This document shows positions 19,427 to 29,681 of a DNA stretch of 53,862 nucleotides, one piece after another; position 1 is the stretch's first letter; each line of letters begins with the position of its first letter. A program made the translations under genes and the position numbers. Source of the DNA: an uncultured Clostridium sp. GTDB lineage: Bacteria; Bacillota; Clostridia; Oscillospirales; CAG-272. The notes under the pieces were generated by a model. It saw nothing but the letters and a program-made list of their open reading frames with translations, ran no database searches and was not told the origin of the DNA. The stretch covers positions 1 to 53,862 of the forward strand of contig CAZMKU010000001.1 in NCBI GenBank assembly GCA_964567085.1. The letters run 5' to 3'.

Positions 19427-20698
19427 TTACGGCCATGAATCAATAACGTACGACATATTTTGTCTGCACAGCATTATACGTCCGCTATCAAGAATAAGTA
19501 TCTCGCCGTCAGCGGCATTCATCTCGACAAGCTGAAGCTTGAGAGAGCTTATATCCAATCTGTAAACACCCTTGTCAGCCGCCAGATAAACGTATTTCGA
19601 CGATGCCGCCATATCGGAAAATTCGCCCTCGACGGTCTGCTGCATAACGACCTTCCCGCGTGAGTTTATGATATACAGCGTGTTTTTCATATTGACTCTG
19701 TCATCGGCAAACAAAAGCACGACGTACCTTTCATTTACCGCCGTAAGGCAGAGCGTTCCCGACGGATACTGATATTCGCCTACGGTCTCTCCTTTATTAT
19801 TGTACGTAAAAATATAATCCTCGCACATGACCGCGATCCTGTCGCCGCTCATATAATGGCAGCTATACGGCAGATTTCCGATCTCCGTGACGCTTGATAC
19901 GACCTCTCCGCTTTTAGTATTCAGGATAGTGAGCGTATATATGTAGTCGCCGCCCGACGCGTCAAGAGTAAGTAATGCTAAATGCTTTCCGCTCTCGCTG
20001 TATTCACAGTCGATAGCGTAATCACTGCGCATATAGGAAAATTCCCGCTTCCCGTCCTCGTCGTAGAAGGTGATCTCCGTATTGTATTTTTCACTTTTTC
20101 CGACCACGGCGAACTTACCGTCGTCCGACATATCCGCGGCACTTATAGGATATTCGCGGTTTTCAAGATAAATGTCTTCAAAGGAGTTATACAGAGTAAA
20201 TCCCCGCCCTCCGAGATCGTACACAAGGAAGGTGCTGCTCGATGATACTACGATTGGATTCGAATAGCTCATCTGCTCAATTAGGGTCTCATATCCCGCC
20301 TTATTGAACGCCTGGACCTCTCTGTCGGACGCCACGATAAATCCGCTCTTGAACTCGGCAAAGCTCTGGTTTCTCGTGGGCTGTGAATAGCTTATCTGAG
20401 CTCGCTCACCCTCGCCTATCTGACCCATAAGTCTTACCTCACGGAAGAAGTAATACATATTCATAGGCCCTATGTCCTTACCGAAAATTATAAGCATCGA
20501 GAAGAGAAACACGATACACAGAGCAATTGCGATAAAGCTCACGAAATGCGCCCTCTTTGCGCTCCTCGCGGACGCGTGTGAGGACTCAATTCCCTCTGCT
20601 GCGAGCCGTCCGTCATACTCCGACGAAAGCTTCTTTGCTATTTTATTTTCTTTGATTTTTTTTGAAAATCCCTTAAAGCTCCACGACAGCCTTAGCAT
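19427..20698 (-). CDS. membrane-anchored protein of unknown function (DUF5711-like, probable beta-propeller ectodomain)
   Basis: The ORF is 423 aa with a GGGAG RBS. It has one N-terminal TM helix (FVSFIAIALCIVFLFSMLIIF) followed by a beta-rich repetitive region. The family name is from memory. Confidence 0.7.
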   Translation of the reverse strand: MLRLSWSFKGFSKKIKENKIAKKLSSEYDGRLAAEGIESSHASARSAKRAHFVSFIAIALCIVFLFSMLIIFGKDIGPMNMYYFFREVRLMGQIGEGERAQISYSQPTRNQSFAEFKSGFIVASDREVQAFNKAGYETLIEQMSYSNPIVVSSSSTFLVYDLGGRGFTLYNSFEDIYLENREYPISAADMSDDGKFAVVGKSEKYNTEITFYDEDGKREFSYMRSDYAIDCEYSESGKHLALLTLDASGGDYIYTLTILNTKSGEVVSSVTEIGNLPYSCHYMSGDRIAVMCEDYIFTYNNKGETVGEYQYPSGTLCLTAVNERYVVLLFADDRVNMKNTLYIINSRGKVVMQQTVEGEFSDMAASSKYVYLAADKGVYRLDISSLKLQLVEMNAADGEILILDSGRIMLCRQNMSYVIDSWP

Positions 20699-20723
20699 AT
20701 TTCTCTCCCTTCCCCGAATTTTA

Positions 20724-21482
20724 TCAATAAACCACTCGATTTAAATACAAGCCCTCGGGCGGCGCGGTCTGTCCCGCCCTTGCTCGGTCACACGACGAAA
20801 TAATATCATCTATCTCGTCTGCCAAAATTTTCCCCTCGGCAACCGCGATGAGCGTTCCCGCCATAATTCTCACCATATTGTAGAGAAATCCGTCGGCGGC
20901 AACGGTAAATTCGATAATCCCGTCGCGCTCCGTAACGGTCGCATACTTTACGTCTCGCACGGTGGACACCACCTGCGAGCCCTGCGCCATAAACGAGCGA
21001 AAATCACGCTCGCCCACAAAGCATTTAGCGGCGGAATTCATCGCCTCGATCTGCTCGGGCGCAAATTTCTTTTTAAGTATGAGGCTTCTGCCGTTCTCGA
21101 ACGGAGCGCGCGCGCCGCCGTTGTACATTCTGTAGACGTATTCCTTATACCTTACGTCGTATCTCGGATGGAACGAGCTATCCACCATTTCCGCTCCGAA
21201 AACGCAAATATCATTCGGCAGATGAGCGTTGAGCGCGCGGACAATTCTATCGGGAGAAAGCGAGGTTTCAATATCACTCTCGCCCTTTTTCGAAATAGTC
21301 GCGCAGAACATATTCGCGTGAACTCCGCTATCCGTTCTGCTGCATCCCGTAATATCGCAGTCGAACGAAAAAAGCTCCCTCGCCGCGCGGGTCAATTCGC
21401 CCTGCACGCTTCTTTTGCCATTCTGCACCTGATAACCGCAAAAGTCAGTCCCGAGATATGAAAGCCTTATAAATATCTTCAT
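20724..21482 (-). CDS. truA: tRNA pseudouridine(38-40) synthase
   Basis: It begins MKIFIRLSYLGTDFCGYQVQ at the ATG at 21482 (GAGGAG RBS). RTDSGVHA catalytic motif. It has the classic position after ecfT. Confidence 0.9.
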   Translation of the reverse strand: MKIFIRLSYLGTDFCGYQVQNGKRSVQGELTRAARELFSFDCDITGCSRTDSGVHANMFCATISKKGESDIETSLSPDRIVRALNAHLPNDICVFGAEMVDSSFHPRYDVRYKEYVYRMYNGGARAPFENGRSLILKKKFAPEQIEAMNSAAKCFVGERDFRSFMAQGSQVVSTVRDVKYATVTERDGIIEFTVAADGFLYNMVRIMAGTLIAVAEGKILADEIDDIISSCDRARAGQTAPPEGLYLNRVVY

Positions 21483-21492
21483 ATCATGCTCC

Positions 21493-22320
21493 TCACATAG
21501 TATATCCCGGAGCAAAAGCATTTATAAGTATAATGCCCGCGACAAACGCCGCCATTACGGCAAGACCTATAAAATCTCCGACTCTCAGCTTCAACGCGTG
21601 AAGCTTGGTTCTTCCCGAGCCTCCGCGATAGCAGCGGCAGGTCATAGCCGTCGCGAGCTCGCCCGCGCGTCTGAATGCCGAAATGAAAAGCGGGATCAGT
21701 ACGGGAATGAGCGCCTTTGCTCGCTGTATGAGCGAGCCGTTCGTGAAATCCGCGCCTCTCGCCTTCTGCGCCGACATAATTTTACCCGTTTCCTCGATTA
21801 TCGTAGGGATAAAGCGAAGCGCTATGGTCATCATCATGGCAAATTCGTGAACGGGAACCTTGATCTTTTTCAAGGGAGAAAGCAGGCTTTCGATTCCGTC
21901 GGTAAGCTGAATGGGCGTGGTTGTGTACGTTAAAAACATACAGCTTCCGATTATCATAGAGATGATACGAATGACGATAAACGCCGCGTTATAAAGACCG
22001 TCGCTGTAAATATTGATAAACCTCCACGAGAAAAGAAGACTGCTCTCGTCACCCTTCGTCCAGAAGATATTCAATACCGCGGTAAATATCATAATAAATA
22101 TTATCGCCTTTATCGAGCGCAGCACCGTGCGAAGCGGTATACGGCTCAAAAGCACGAGCGCTATCGCGCTCGCGAAAAGGAGCGCAAAGCTGAATATATT
22201 TTTGCAAAGGAAGCTTGCAACTATATACACGATCGCGAGAATTATCTTCATTCTCGGGTCAAGTCTGTGAATAGGAGACTTCGCGGGATAATACTGACCG
22301 AAGGCTATACCGTTATTCAT
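21493..22320 (-). CDS. ecfT: ECF transporter transmembrane (T) component
   Basis: It begins MNNGIAFGQYYPAKSPIHRLDPRMKI. The ATG at 22320 forms an ATGA overlap with the ecfA2 stop, and a GGAGGTG RBS lies upstream. Confidence 0.88.
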   Translation of the reverse strand: MNNGIAFGQYYPAKSPIHRLDPRMKIILAIVYIVASFLCKNIFSFALLFASAIALVLLSRIPLRTVLRSIKAIIFIMIFTAVLNIFWTKGDESSLLFSWRFINIYSDGLYNAAFIVIRIISMIIGSCMFLTYTTTPIQLTDGIESLLSPLKKIKVPVHEFAMMMTIALRFIPTIIEETGKIMSAQKARGADFTNGSLIQRAKALIPVLIPLFISAFRRAGELATAMTCRCYRGGSGRTKLHALKLRVGDFIGLAVMAAFVAGIILINAFAPGYTM

Positions 22321-23174
22321 ACGCCACCTCCGAATATATCCATAAGACACCCTTCCGCGTCCTCGACGGTGTAAATACCCGAATCCACCTTGATTCCGCG
22401 CTCCGCGAGCAGCATCATAAGCTTGGTTATCTCGGGCACGTCAAGACCGATCGCCTCAAGCTCGTCCGCGCGCGAAAAGATCTCGTTTCGGTTGCCGCAC
22501 ATAGCGATACGCGAGCCCGACATTACGATTATGTCGTCGCAATATCTCGCCATATCCTCCATACTGTGACTGACGATAACGACAGATGCGCCCGTCGCCT
22601 CGGCATATTTTCTGATGCCCGCAAAAATGGAATTTCTGCCAATGGGGTCAAGTCCCGCCGCAGGCTCGTCGAGCACGAGCACCTCGGGCTTCATAGCCAT
22701 AACGCCCGCGATAGCGACTCTTCTCTTCTGTCCGCCCGACAGATCAAAGGGCGACTTGTCAAGCAGAGACGTATCAAGTCCCACAAAGGATGCACATTCG
22801 GCAATCCTCTTATTTATTTCATCGTCCGAGAGCCCCATATTGCGAGGGCCGAAGGCAATATCCGCTTTTACAGTTTCCTCAAAGAGCTGATATTCGGGAT
22901 ACTGCATAACAAGTCCTACGCGAAATCTTACCTTGCCGATCTCCTTCGGCTTCTCCCAGATATCCTCGCCGTCAAGCAGAATTCTGCCCCTCGTGGGCTT
23001 AATAAGGCCATTGAACATCTGCACGAGAGTTGATTTTCCCGAGCCCGTATGTCCGATGATTCCCGTTATTCTGTTTTCCTCAATAGTGATACTTACGTCG
23101 TCAAGAGCGCGCGCCTCAAAGGGCGTTTTTGCGCTGTAAACGTAAGAAACGTTTTCAACGATTATTTTAGACAT
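22317..23174 (-). CDS. ecfA2: ECF transporter ATPase component A2
   Basis: The ORF is 285 aa. It has Walker A GHTGSGKST, the signature LSGGQKRRVAIA and Walker B VLVLDEP. Confidence 0.9.
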   Translation of the reverse strand: MSKIIVENVSYVYSAKTPFEARALDDVSITIEENRITGIIGHTGSGKSTLVQMFNGLIKPTRGRILLDGEDIWEKPKEIGKVRFRVGLVMQYPEYQLFEETVKADIAFGPRNMGLSDDEINKRIAECASFVGLDTSLLDKSPFDLSGGQKRRVAIAGVMAMKPEVLVLDEPAAGLDPIGRNSIFAGIRKYAEATGASVVIVSHSMEDMARYCDDIIVMSGSRIAMCGNRNEIFSRADELEAIGLDVPEITKLMMLLAERGIKVDSGIYTVEDAEGCLMDIFGGGV

Positions 23175-23195
23175 TTCTATCCTTATTTCCTAAAT

Positions 23196-24062
23196 TTATT
23201 TCTTCTCGAGCGCCTCGGCTATGGCATCAACGGCTCCGCTCATAGTGCTGAAATCGCCGTGAATGTCAACGCCGCGCTCACGAAGTCTTACGCAAATATC
23301 CGCGCACTGCGGCAGGTCAAGTCCCGCCTCTTTTATCGTTTCCTTTTGCATAAACACCTCTCTCGGTGCTCCGTCAAGCACCACCTCGCCGTCGTTTAAC
23401 ACGATCGCGCGGTCGGCTCTCGCCGCCTCGTCCATATAGTGCGTGATCGTGATAACGGTTATTCCCTTTTCACGATTGAGCTTTTCAATAGTCGAAATAA
23501 CCTCGCGTCTGCCGACGGGATCGAGCATAGCCGTGGATTCGTCGAATATCATACACTCGGGCATCATAGCGATAATTCCCGCGATAGCAACTCTCTGCTT
23601 CTGACCGCCCGAAAGCCTGTGAGGCTCGTGTCGGGAGAACCTTGTCATTCCAACGGTTTCAAGCGCATAGTCTACTCTCCTGCGAAGCTCATCTCTGGGA
23701 AGACCGAGGTTCTCGGGGCCGAACGCAACATCCTCCTCGACGATAGTGGCAACGAGCTGATTGTCGGGATTCTGGAAAACCATTCCGACCTTCTTGCGAA
23801 GCTCGAAAACGTCGTCCTCGGTCACGTCCTCGCCCGTAATATCCACGCCGTCAATAACTATTTTCCCCTCCAGGTAATCGTAATCATCGATAACCATATT
23901 GAGCAGCTTCGCGAGCGTGGATTTGCCCGAGCCGTTATGTCCCAGGATGGCAACGTACTGACCCTTTTCAATTTCAATATTTACGTCCTTCAGAACCTTG
24001 ATCGGCAAGCCGTCGTCGTCCTTGTAGGAATAATTTAGATTTTTAATTTCAATAAATGACAT
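23196..24062 (-). CDS. ecfA1: ECF transporter ATPase component A1
   Basis: It has Walker A GHNGSGKST and the signature LSGGQKQRVAIA. The start is set at MSFIEIKNLNYSY (ATG at 24062) so that it does not overlap the upstream gene. The track ORF extends to 24128. The start is uncertain. Confidence 0.85.
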   Translation of the reverse strand: MSFIEIKNLNYSYKDDDGLPIKVLKDVNIEIEKGQYVAILGHNGSGKSTLAKLLNMVIDDYDYLEGKIVIDGVDITGEDVTEDDVFELRKKVGMVFQNPDNQLVATIVEEDVAFGPENLGLPRDELRRRVDYALETVGMTRFSRHEPHRLSGGQKQRVAIAGIIAMMPECMIFDESTAMLDPVGRREVISTIEKLNREKGITVITITHYMDEAARADRAIVLNDGEVVLDGAPREVFMQKETIKEAGLDLPQCADICVRLRERGVDIHGDFSTMSGAVDAIAEALEKK

Positions 24063-24088
24063 TTTTTTAATTCCGAATTCAATAGATT

Positions 24089-24958
24089 TTATCTTGATTT
24101 GCTCTGCCATCTCGTGCTGGCTCCGCAAGGAAGCACCAGAGATGATTGCGAAACCTTGAGTCCCAATTCTCCCGCCTCGGTATAGCCGCCGTATTTCGAC
24201 GTCACCTTGAGATCAACTATGTATCCCATAGTCATAGGCGAAAGTCCCGTTGTATAAGAGTTTACAAGGAAGAACAGAGGCTCGTCCGAGAGCACCCGTG
24301 AAACCAATGTGATAAGCTCGTCAATATTGTCCTCAAGCTTCCACACCTCGCCGTTTGGGCCGCGGCCGTATGAGGGCGGGTCCATAATAATGCCGTCGTA
24401 TTTGTTGCCGCGGCGGATCTCGCGCTCAACGAACTTCTTGCAGTCGTCAACGATGTAGCGAATAGGCGCGTCCGCAAGACCGCAAAGCTGCGCGTTCTCC
24501 TTTGCCATAGCGACCATACCCTTCGACGCGTCAACGTGAACGACCTGCGCGCCCGCCTTCGCCGCCGCCATAGTAGCGCCGCCCGTATACGCAAAAAGAT
24601 TTAACACCTTGATGGGTCTGTCCGCATTCTTGATAAGCCTCGAAAACCAATCCCAGTTTGCCGCCTGCTCGGGAAAGAGTCCCGTATGCTTAAAGCCCAT
24701 AGGCTTGATCCTGAAATTGAGGTCGCCGTAGCCAACCGTCCACTCCTGCGGCATCTTGCTCTTTACCCAGCCGCCTCCTCCGCCTGACGAACGGCGGTAA
24801 ATTCCGTCCGCTCTGCTCCAGAGGGGGTGCTGCTTTGTATTTTTCCATATTATCTGCGGATCGGGGCGCACCAATATATATTTTCCCCATCTCTCGAGTC
24901 TCTCGCCGTCGGATGCGTCAAGAAGCTCGTAATCCCGCCAATTTTCACTGTACCACAT
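24089..24958 (-). CDS. class I SAM-dependent methyltransferase (RlmI/RlmK C-terminal-like, probable rRNA methyltransferase)
   Basis: The ORF is 289 aa. It has the SAM motif VLNLFAYTGGATMAAA and the DPPSYGRG motif. Confidence 0.8.
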   Translation of the reverse strand: MWYSENWRDYELLDASDGERLERWGKYILVRPDPQIIWKNTKQHPLWSRADGIYRRSSGGGGGWVKSKMPQEWTVGYGDLNFRIKPMGFKHTGLFPEQAANWDWFSRLIKNADRPIKVLNLFAYTGGATMAAAKAGAQVVHVDASKGMVAMAKENAQLCGLADAPIRYIVDDCKKFVEREIRRGNKYDGIIMDPPSYGRGPNGEVWKLEDNIDELITLVSRVLSDEPLFFLVNSYTTGLSPMTMGYIVDLKVTSKYGGYTEAGELGLKVSQSSLVLPCGASTRWQSKSR

Positions 24959-25000
24959 TGTTTATCCTCCATTAGCGTAAGCAAAAATATGCTTATGCCG

Positions 25001-25495
25001 TTACTTTATATATTTTGAAAGCCTCGAGCAGCCCGCGTGTCCGTGGCAAATGGCTATCGCCAGCGCGTCGGCGGTATCGTCGGGCTTGGGCGGATTTTTA
25101 AGTCCCAACATCGTCGTAACCATACTGATGACCTGCTTCTTTTCTGCGCGTCCGTAGCCTACGACCGCCTGCTTTACCTGAAGCGGAGTGTACTCGAATA
25201 TTTCAAGCCCGCGAAGCTGCGCAGACATAAGTATCACTCCCCTCGCCTGCGCTACCATAATAGCCGTCTTTGAGTTTGTGTTAAAGAACAGCTCCTCGAC
25301 CGCCATCTGCTGCGGCTTGTATTTATCGATTATTTCATTCATTCCGTGATATATCTGCTCAAGACGGAGGTTCGGGTCCATTCCCGCAGGGGTCTGTATA
25401 GAACCAAAGCCAAGCGGCGTAAACCTGTTATTCGAATATTCCAAAACACCCCAGCCGACTATCGCGTATCCCGGGTCAATTCCAAGCACGATCAT
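25001..25495 (-). CDS. ruvC: crossover junction endodeoxyribonuclease RuvC
   Basis: The ORF is 164 aa and begins MIVLGIDPGYAIVGWGVL. It shows the RuvC fold pattern. Confidence 0.92.
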   Translation of the reverse strand: MIVLGIDPGYAIVGWGVLEYSNNRFTPLGFGSIQTPAGMDPNLRLEQIYHGMNEIIDKYKPQQMAVEELFFNTNSKTAIMVAQARGVILMSAQLRGLEIFEYTPLQVKQAVVGYGRAEKKQVISMVTTMLGLKNPPKPDDTADALAIAICHGHAGCSRLSKYIK

Positions 25496-25715
25496 TATAT
25501 ATCCCTTTTCTTAACCTTGTTTTAATTTTTTCGCATAATATCCCATTATCATCTATTCATTATAACATATTCTATCTTCAATGTCAAATATATATTTTGT
25601 ATTTTATTTATAAACTTTTAGAAAATTTATACCATTATCCGTTTACATTTGAGCGTATTTATGGTATAATGAATTGAATATATCAAAATCCCGAGAGCAT
25701 CAAACGGAGGCAAGA

Positions 25716-25898
25716 ATGAATATTCCGAAGCTTGCGGTGGGCGACACCGTAAAACTCAAAAAGCAGCACCCCTGCGGTTGCGACGAATTCAAGATCCTCC
25801 GCGTAGGAAGCGATATAAGGATCGTCTGTATAGGATGCGGCAGGGATATGACGATGGACAGATTGAAGCTTGAAAAAGCCATCAAAAAAATCATATAA
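25716..25898 (+). CDS. DUF951-family small protein
   Basis: The sequence is MNIPKLAVGDTVKLKKQHPCGCDEFKILRVGSDIRIVCIGCGRDM. The ATG at 25716 has a GGAGG RBS. The track ORF starts at 25674. Confidence 0.8.
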   Translation: MNIPKLAVGDTVKLKKQHPCGCDEFKILRVGSDIRIVCIGCGRDMTMDRLKLEKAIKKII

Positions 25899-25910
25899 AG
25901 GACACTGAAA

Positions 25911-28900
25911 ATGGACGCAAGCGTAAACAATACCGAATTACTTGAGCCGATGCCCGAGAGAGAAACAAAAAAGACGTTTATCGGCAAGCTCAAAAGCTTT
26001 TATAAAAAATACGACTATATGGTCTACGCGGGTCTTATCCCCGCGGCAATATTCTTCCTCGTTTACTTGGTAAGAGGAATTCACCCGTTCGGAAACAGCA
26101 CCGTGCTCGTGCTCGATATGAACGCGCAGTACGCTTACTTCTACGAATATCTGCGCGAGGCGGTGCTCGGCGGCGACCTCAGCCTTATCTATACGTGGGA
26201 GCGCGCGCTCGGCGGAGAATTTATGGGCCTTTACGCCTACTATATCGCAAGCCCGCTTTCTTATATTGTTTGTCTTTTCCCCAAGGAAAATCTGCAGGAC
26301 GCTCTGTTCGTGATTTATCTTATCAAGGCGGCTCTTTGCGGAATCACGATGAGCTATTATCTGACGAAGACCTCGAAAAAGCTTGAAAAGCTCTCGGTGG
26401 TTGTATTCTCTACCCTCTACGCGACAATGTCGTACATGATGGTACAGATGCACAACCTTATGTGGATCGACGCAGTCATCCTTCTCCCCTTGGTAGTGCT
26501 TGGAATCGAGCAGCTCATAAAATACGGAAAATACAAGCTCTATATAATCACGCTCGCGCTTACTATGATGAGCAACTATTATATAGGATATATGGTCTGC
26601 ATTTTCGTGGTTCTCTACTACTTCTACTATTTCTTCGCCTACTCGGACAGAAACAATCCCACGGGCGAGAAAAATCACTTCCGCAAATCCTTTATCCGAA
26701 TAGCTACCTATTCAATTATCGGCGTCGCTATCGCCGCCTTCATAATTTTCGGCGCTTACTATTCTCTGGGACTTGGAAAAAACGAATTCTCCAACCCCAA
26801 CTGGACGGAGATCAAGCTCAATTACGACGTAATGGATATTCTGTACAAGCTCCTGCCGGGATCTTACGATACCGTTCGCCCCGCGGGTCTGCCCTTTATC
26901 TACTGCGGCGTGCTCACGATAATTTTAGTGCCCGCGTACTTTATGTCAAAGAAGTTCTCGGGAAGAGAGAGGATCGGCTCGGCGCTCCTTATTCTTGCGC
27001 TCTCGCTCGGCTTCCTTGTAAGCACACTTGACCTTATCTGGCACGGCTTCCAGCGCCCCAACTGGCTCAACTGCCGCTTCAGCTTTATTCTGTGCTTCTT
27101 CCTTATAGTGCTGGCGTACAGAGTATTCACAAGGCTTGACGTTGTCGCGGGAAGAAACTTTATTATCTCCTCCGCCTTTATCGTGGGCTTTGTTCTCGTG
27201 CTCCAGAAGCTCGCCGAAACGCTCGAAGCCGAAAATGAATATATAGTGATCGACGAGTACGCCACCGTGCTTATGACGATCGTTTGCGTTGCGATTTATC
27301 TTATTCTCATCGCCTGCAGAAAATCGGGCAAGAACAAGGAAATAGTGACGGCGGTGCTTCTGTGCGTTATTTGCGCCGAAGCATTCATTTCGGGACTTAC
27401 CAACGTAAACGATCTTGACGACGACGTAACGTTCACAAAATACGACAAATACGCGCAGTATAATGCGCTGATGCTCCCCATCACCGATACTATAAACTAC
27501 TACGACAACGGATTTTTCAGAGCTGAGACCGTAACCCACAGAAAGCCTAACGACAACATGGCGATAAATCTCAATGGACTTACGAACTCGACCTCGTCCA
27601 TAAACGCCGACACCATTTTCTTCCTTCGAATGATGGGATATTCGTCGAAGTCCAACTGGTCGAAATACATCGGCGGCAACCCCGTCAGCGACTCGCTTCT
27701 CGGCATAAAATACATTATTTCCCCGAGAAATTACGACGATATTTACGGCGAGCCCATATATACCGCAGAGGAATTCGCGGCTCTTAACGGCATGACCGTC
27801 GAGGAGCTTATTGAAGTCACCTACGCCGACAACGCCTCGGGCGAAAAATTCCACGAGACCTCCGCGGCGGATTACGTGGTTTACAAGAACCCCTACGCGC
27901 TCTCGCTCGCATTCCTCTCCGAAGGCGCGATCGCGGACGAGCAGATGCAGGAATTCAATATTGATATTGCCGAAACAAACGCTAATTACGAAAAGCTCTA
28001 CAATGAGTACGGACACACGCTCGCCTTCACGAGAATAAACGAAATGATCTCTGAAATTCTCGGCGAGGAAACGAACGTATTTATGCCCGCCACACAGAAC
28101 GGCGAGCCCGAAATGAACGGCGTCAGTCACGCCACCTCGGGCAAGGGCACTCACGACAAGTACACCTTCACAAGCGGTGAGGGCACGCTCACGTTCAGCT
28201 ATACGGTGCCTACGAATACAAGGCTCTATCTCCAGCTCCCTGCGTACTATACGCGCGAGATGAAGATAATTTCCTCTACGACCCCCTTCGTTGACGGCAC
28301 GCTTACGGTTCAGGGCAACGAAACTAACCGAATAATCGAGCTTGGCGAGGTCATCTCCGACGAGGAGACCGCAGAATATACCTTCACGGTTCTCTTCTCC
28401 AAGGACGAGGACTATGATGAATTCTATATCAACAACAACGAGTCCTATATTTACTACGTTGACGAGGAGACCTTCGAGTCAGCGTTTACCGAGATGCAGA
28501 AGGGTCAGCTCGTGATCGACTCCGACTACAAGGATCACAACATCACGGGCACGATGGTCACCGAAAAGGACGATCAGATGGTTACGACGACCATTCCCTA
28601 CGATCGCGGCTGGAGAGTTTTCGTTGACGGCAAGGCGGTTGAGTCCTACGAGGTTGCAAACGCGCTTCTGGCGTTCAATATTGACGATGCGGGCGAGCAC
28701 GATATTAAATTCGTATATGCCCCCACGGCTCTGGTTCTCGGCACGGGAATCTCTGTTATCGCAACGATATTCTTTATTCTGATCATCGTCTTCGAAAAAC
28801 TGCTCCGCAGAAACAAGCTTGTACGATCGGTTTATCTTATAGACACGGACTACACGGGCGAGGATCTTCCCATGGACGAGATCGACACCGAGGAAATCCC

Positions 28901-29006
28901 TTGCGACAGCGGATTTTTCAGTCTTAAATACAGCTCAAGCGCCAAAAAGGCCTCTGCCCCCGAGCCCGCGAAAAAGACCGTAAACACAAAGAAAAAGAAG
29001 AAATAA
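25911..29006 (+). CDS. YfhO-family polytopic membrane protein (putative glycosyltransferase)
   Basis: The ORF is 1,031 aa. The N-terminal third has many TM helices with a YfhO-like GIHPFGNSTVLVLDMNAQY. It has a large extracytoplasmic domain, a C-terminal TM helix and a Lys-rich tail. Confidence 0.85.
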   Translation: MDASVNNTELLEPMPERETKKTFIGKLKSFYKKYDYMVYAGLIPAAIFFLVYLVRGIHPFGNSTVLVLDMNAQYAYFYEYLREAVLGGDLSLIYTWERALGGEFMGLYAYYIASPLSYIVCLFPKENLQDALFVIYLIKAALCGITMSYYLTKTSKKLEKLSVVVFSTLYATMSYMMVQMHNLMWIDAVILLPLVVLGIEQLIKYGKYKLYIITLALTMMSNYYIGYMVCIFVVLYYFYYFFAYSDRNNPTGEKNHFRKSFIRIATYSIIGVAIAAFIIFGAYYSLGLGKNEFSNPNWTEIKLNYDVMDILYKLLPGSYDTVRPAGLPFIYCGVLTIILVPAYFMSKKFSGRERIGSALLILALSLGFLVSTLDLIWHGFQRPNWLNCRFSFILCFFLIVLAYRVFTRLDVVAGRNFIISSAFIVGFVLVLQKLAETLEAENEYIVIDEYATVLMTIVCVAIYLILIACRKSGKNKEIVTAVLLCVICAEAFISGLTNVNDLDDDVTFTKYDKYAQYNALMLPITDTINYYDNGFFRAETVTHRKPNDNMAINLNGLTNSTSSINADTIFFLRMMGYSSKSNWSKYIGGNPVSDSLLGIKYIISPRNYDDIYGEPIYTAEEFAALNGMTVEELIEVTYADNASGEKFHETSAADYVVYKNPYALSLAFLSEGAIADEQMQEFNIDIAETNANYEKLYNEYGHTLAFTRINEMISEILGEETNVFMPATQNGEPEMNGVSHATSGKGTHDKYTFTSGEGTLTFSYTVPTNTRLYLQLPAYYTREMKIISSTTPFVDGTLTVQGNETNRIIELGEVISDEETAEYTFTVLFSKDEDYDEFYINNNESYIYYVDEETFESAFTEMQKGQLVIDSDYKDHNITGTMVTEKDDQMVTTTIPYDRGWRVFVDGKAVESYEVANALLAFNIDDAGEHDIKFVYAPTALVLGTGISVIATIFFILIIVFEKLLRRNKLVRSVYLIDTDYTGEDLPMDEIDTEEIPCDSGFFSLKYSSSAKKASAPEPAKKTVNTKKKKK

Positions 29007-29039
29007 CACAAATCCAAACTGAAATCAAGGGTATACAGA

Positions 29040-29666
29040 ATGTTTTACTATATTTGCGGCACACTCGCATACGCGACGCCGAGCACCGCGGTTATTGACG
29101 CGGGCGGCGTTGGATACAAAATGACAATCAGCCAGAACACCTTCGCGGCTCTGCCGCGAAGCGCCGTCGGCGCGCCCGTCACCGCCAAGCTTTATTCCTA
29201 TATGGCGGTACGCGAGGACGGAATCGAACTTTTCGGCTTTATTTCCGAGACCGAGCTTTCCTCCTTCAAGATGCTTCTGTCGGTTTCGGGTGTAGGCCCC
29301 AAGGCCGCTATTTCCATACTTTCCCTGCTCACTCCCGAGAAATTTGCTCTCGCGGTTTGCACCGAGGACAGAAAAACGATCTCCAAGGCATCGGGCATAG
29401 GCCCCAAGACCGCGGCGAGAATAATACTCGAGCTCAAGGACAAGCTTATCAAGGAGGGCAATATCGACACGACTCTCGCTGACGGGATCACACAGTCCGC
29501 TTCGCAGAATATAACTGTGAGCGGCAAGCTTGCCGAGGCTCAGGATGCCCTTATGGTGCTTGGCTACACGAGAGCCGAGGCTCAGGCGGCGCTCAAGGGA
29601 ATTGACATTGACAAATACGACCTTGAGGGAGTTATCAAGCAGGCGCTCAAGCAGCTTATGAAATAA
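29040..29666 (+). CDS. ruvA: Holliday junction DNA helicase RuvA
   Basis: The ORF is 208 aa and begins MFYYICGTL. Motifs are LLSVSGVGPKAA and ASGIGPKTAARI (HhH). Confidence 0.92.
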   Translation: MFYYICGTLAYATPSTAVIDAGGVGYKMTISQNTFAALPRSAVGAPVTAKLYSYMAVREDGIELFGFISETELSSFKMLLSVSGVGPKAAISILSLLTPEKFALAVCTEDRKTISKASGIGPKTAARIILELKDKLIKEGNIDTTLADGITQSASQNITVSGKLAEAQDALMVLGYTRAEAQAALKGIDIDKYDLEGVIKQALKQLMK

Positions 29667-29681
29667 TAAGGAGATACGCGG

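Noticed and set aside
26946-28154. 402-aa minus-strand ORF antisense to yfhO. The same class includes 37377..38453, 35022..35942, 7195..8292, 2570..3574, 14569..15561 and 9708..10547.
   Set aside because: All lie opposite confidently identified genes. They lack an RBS and have Arg-rich shadow-frame composition.
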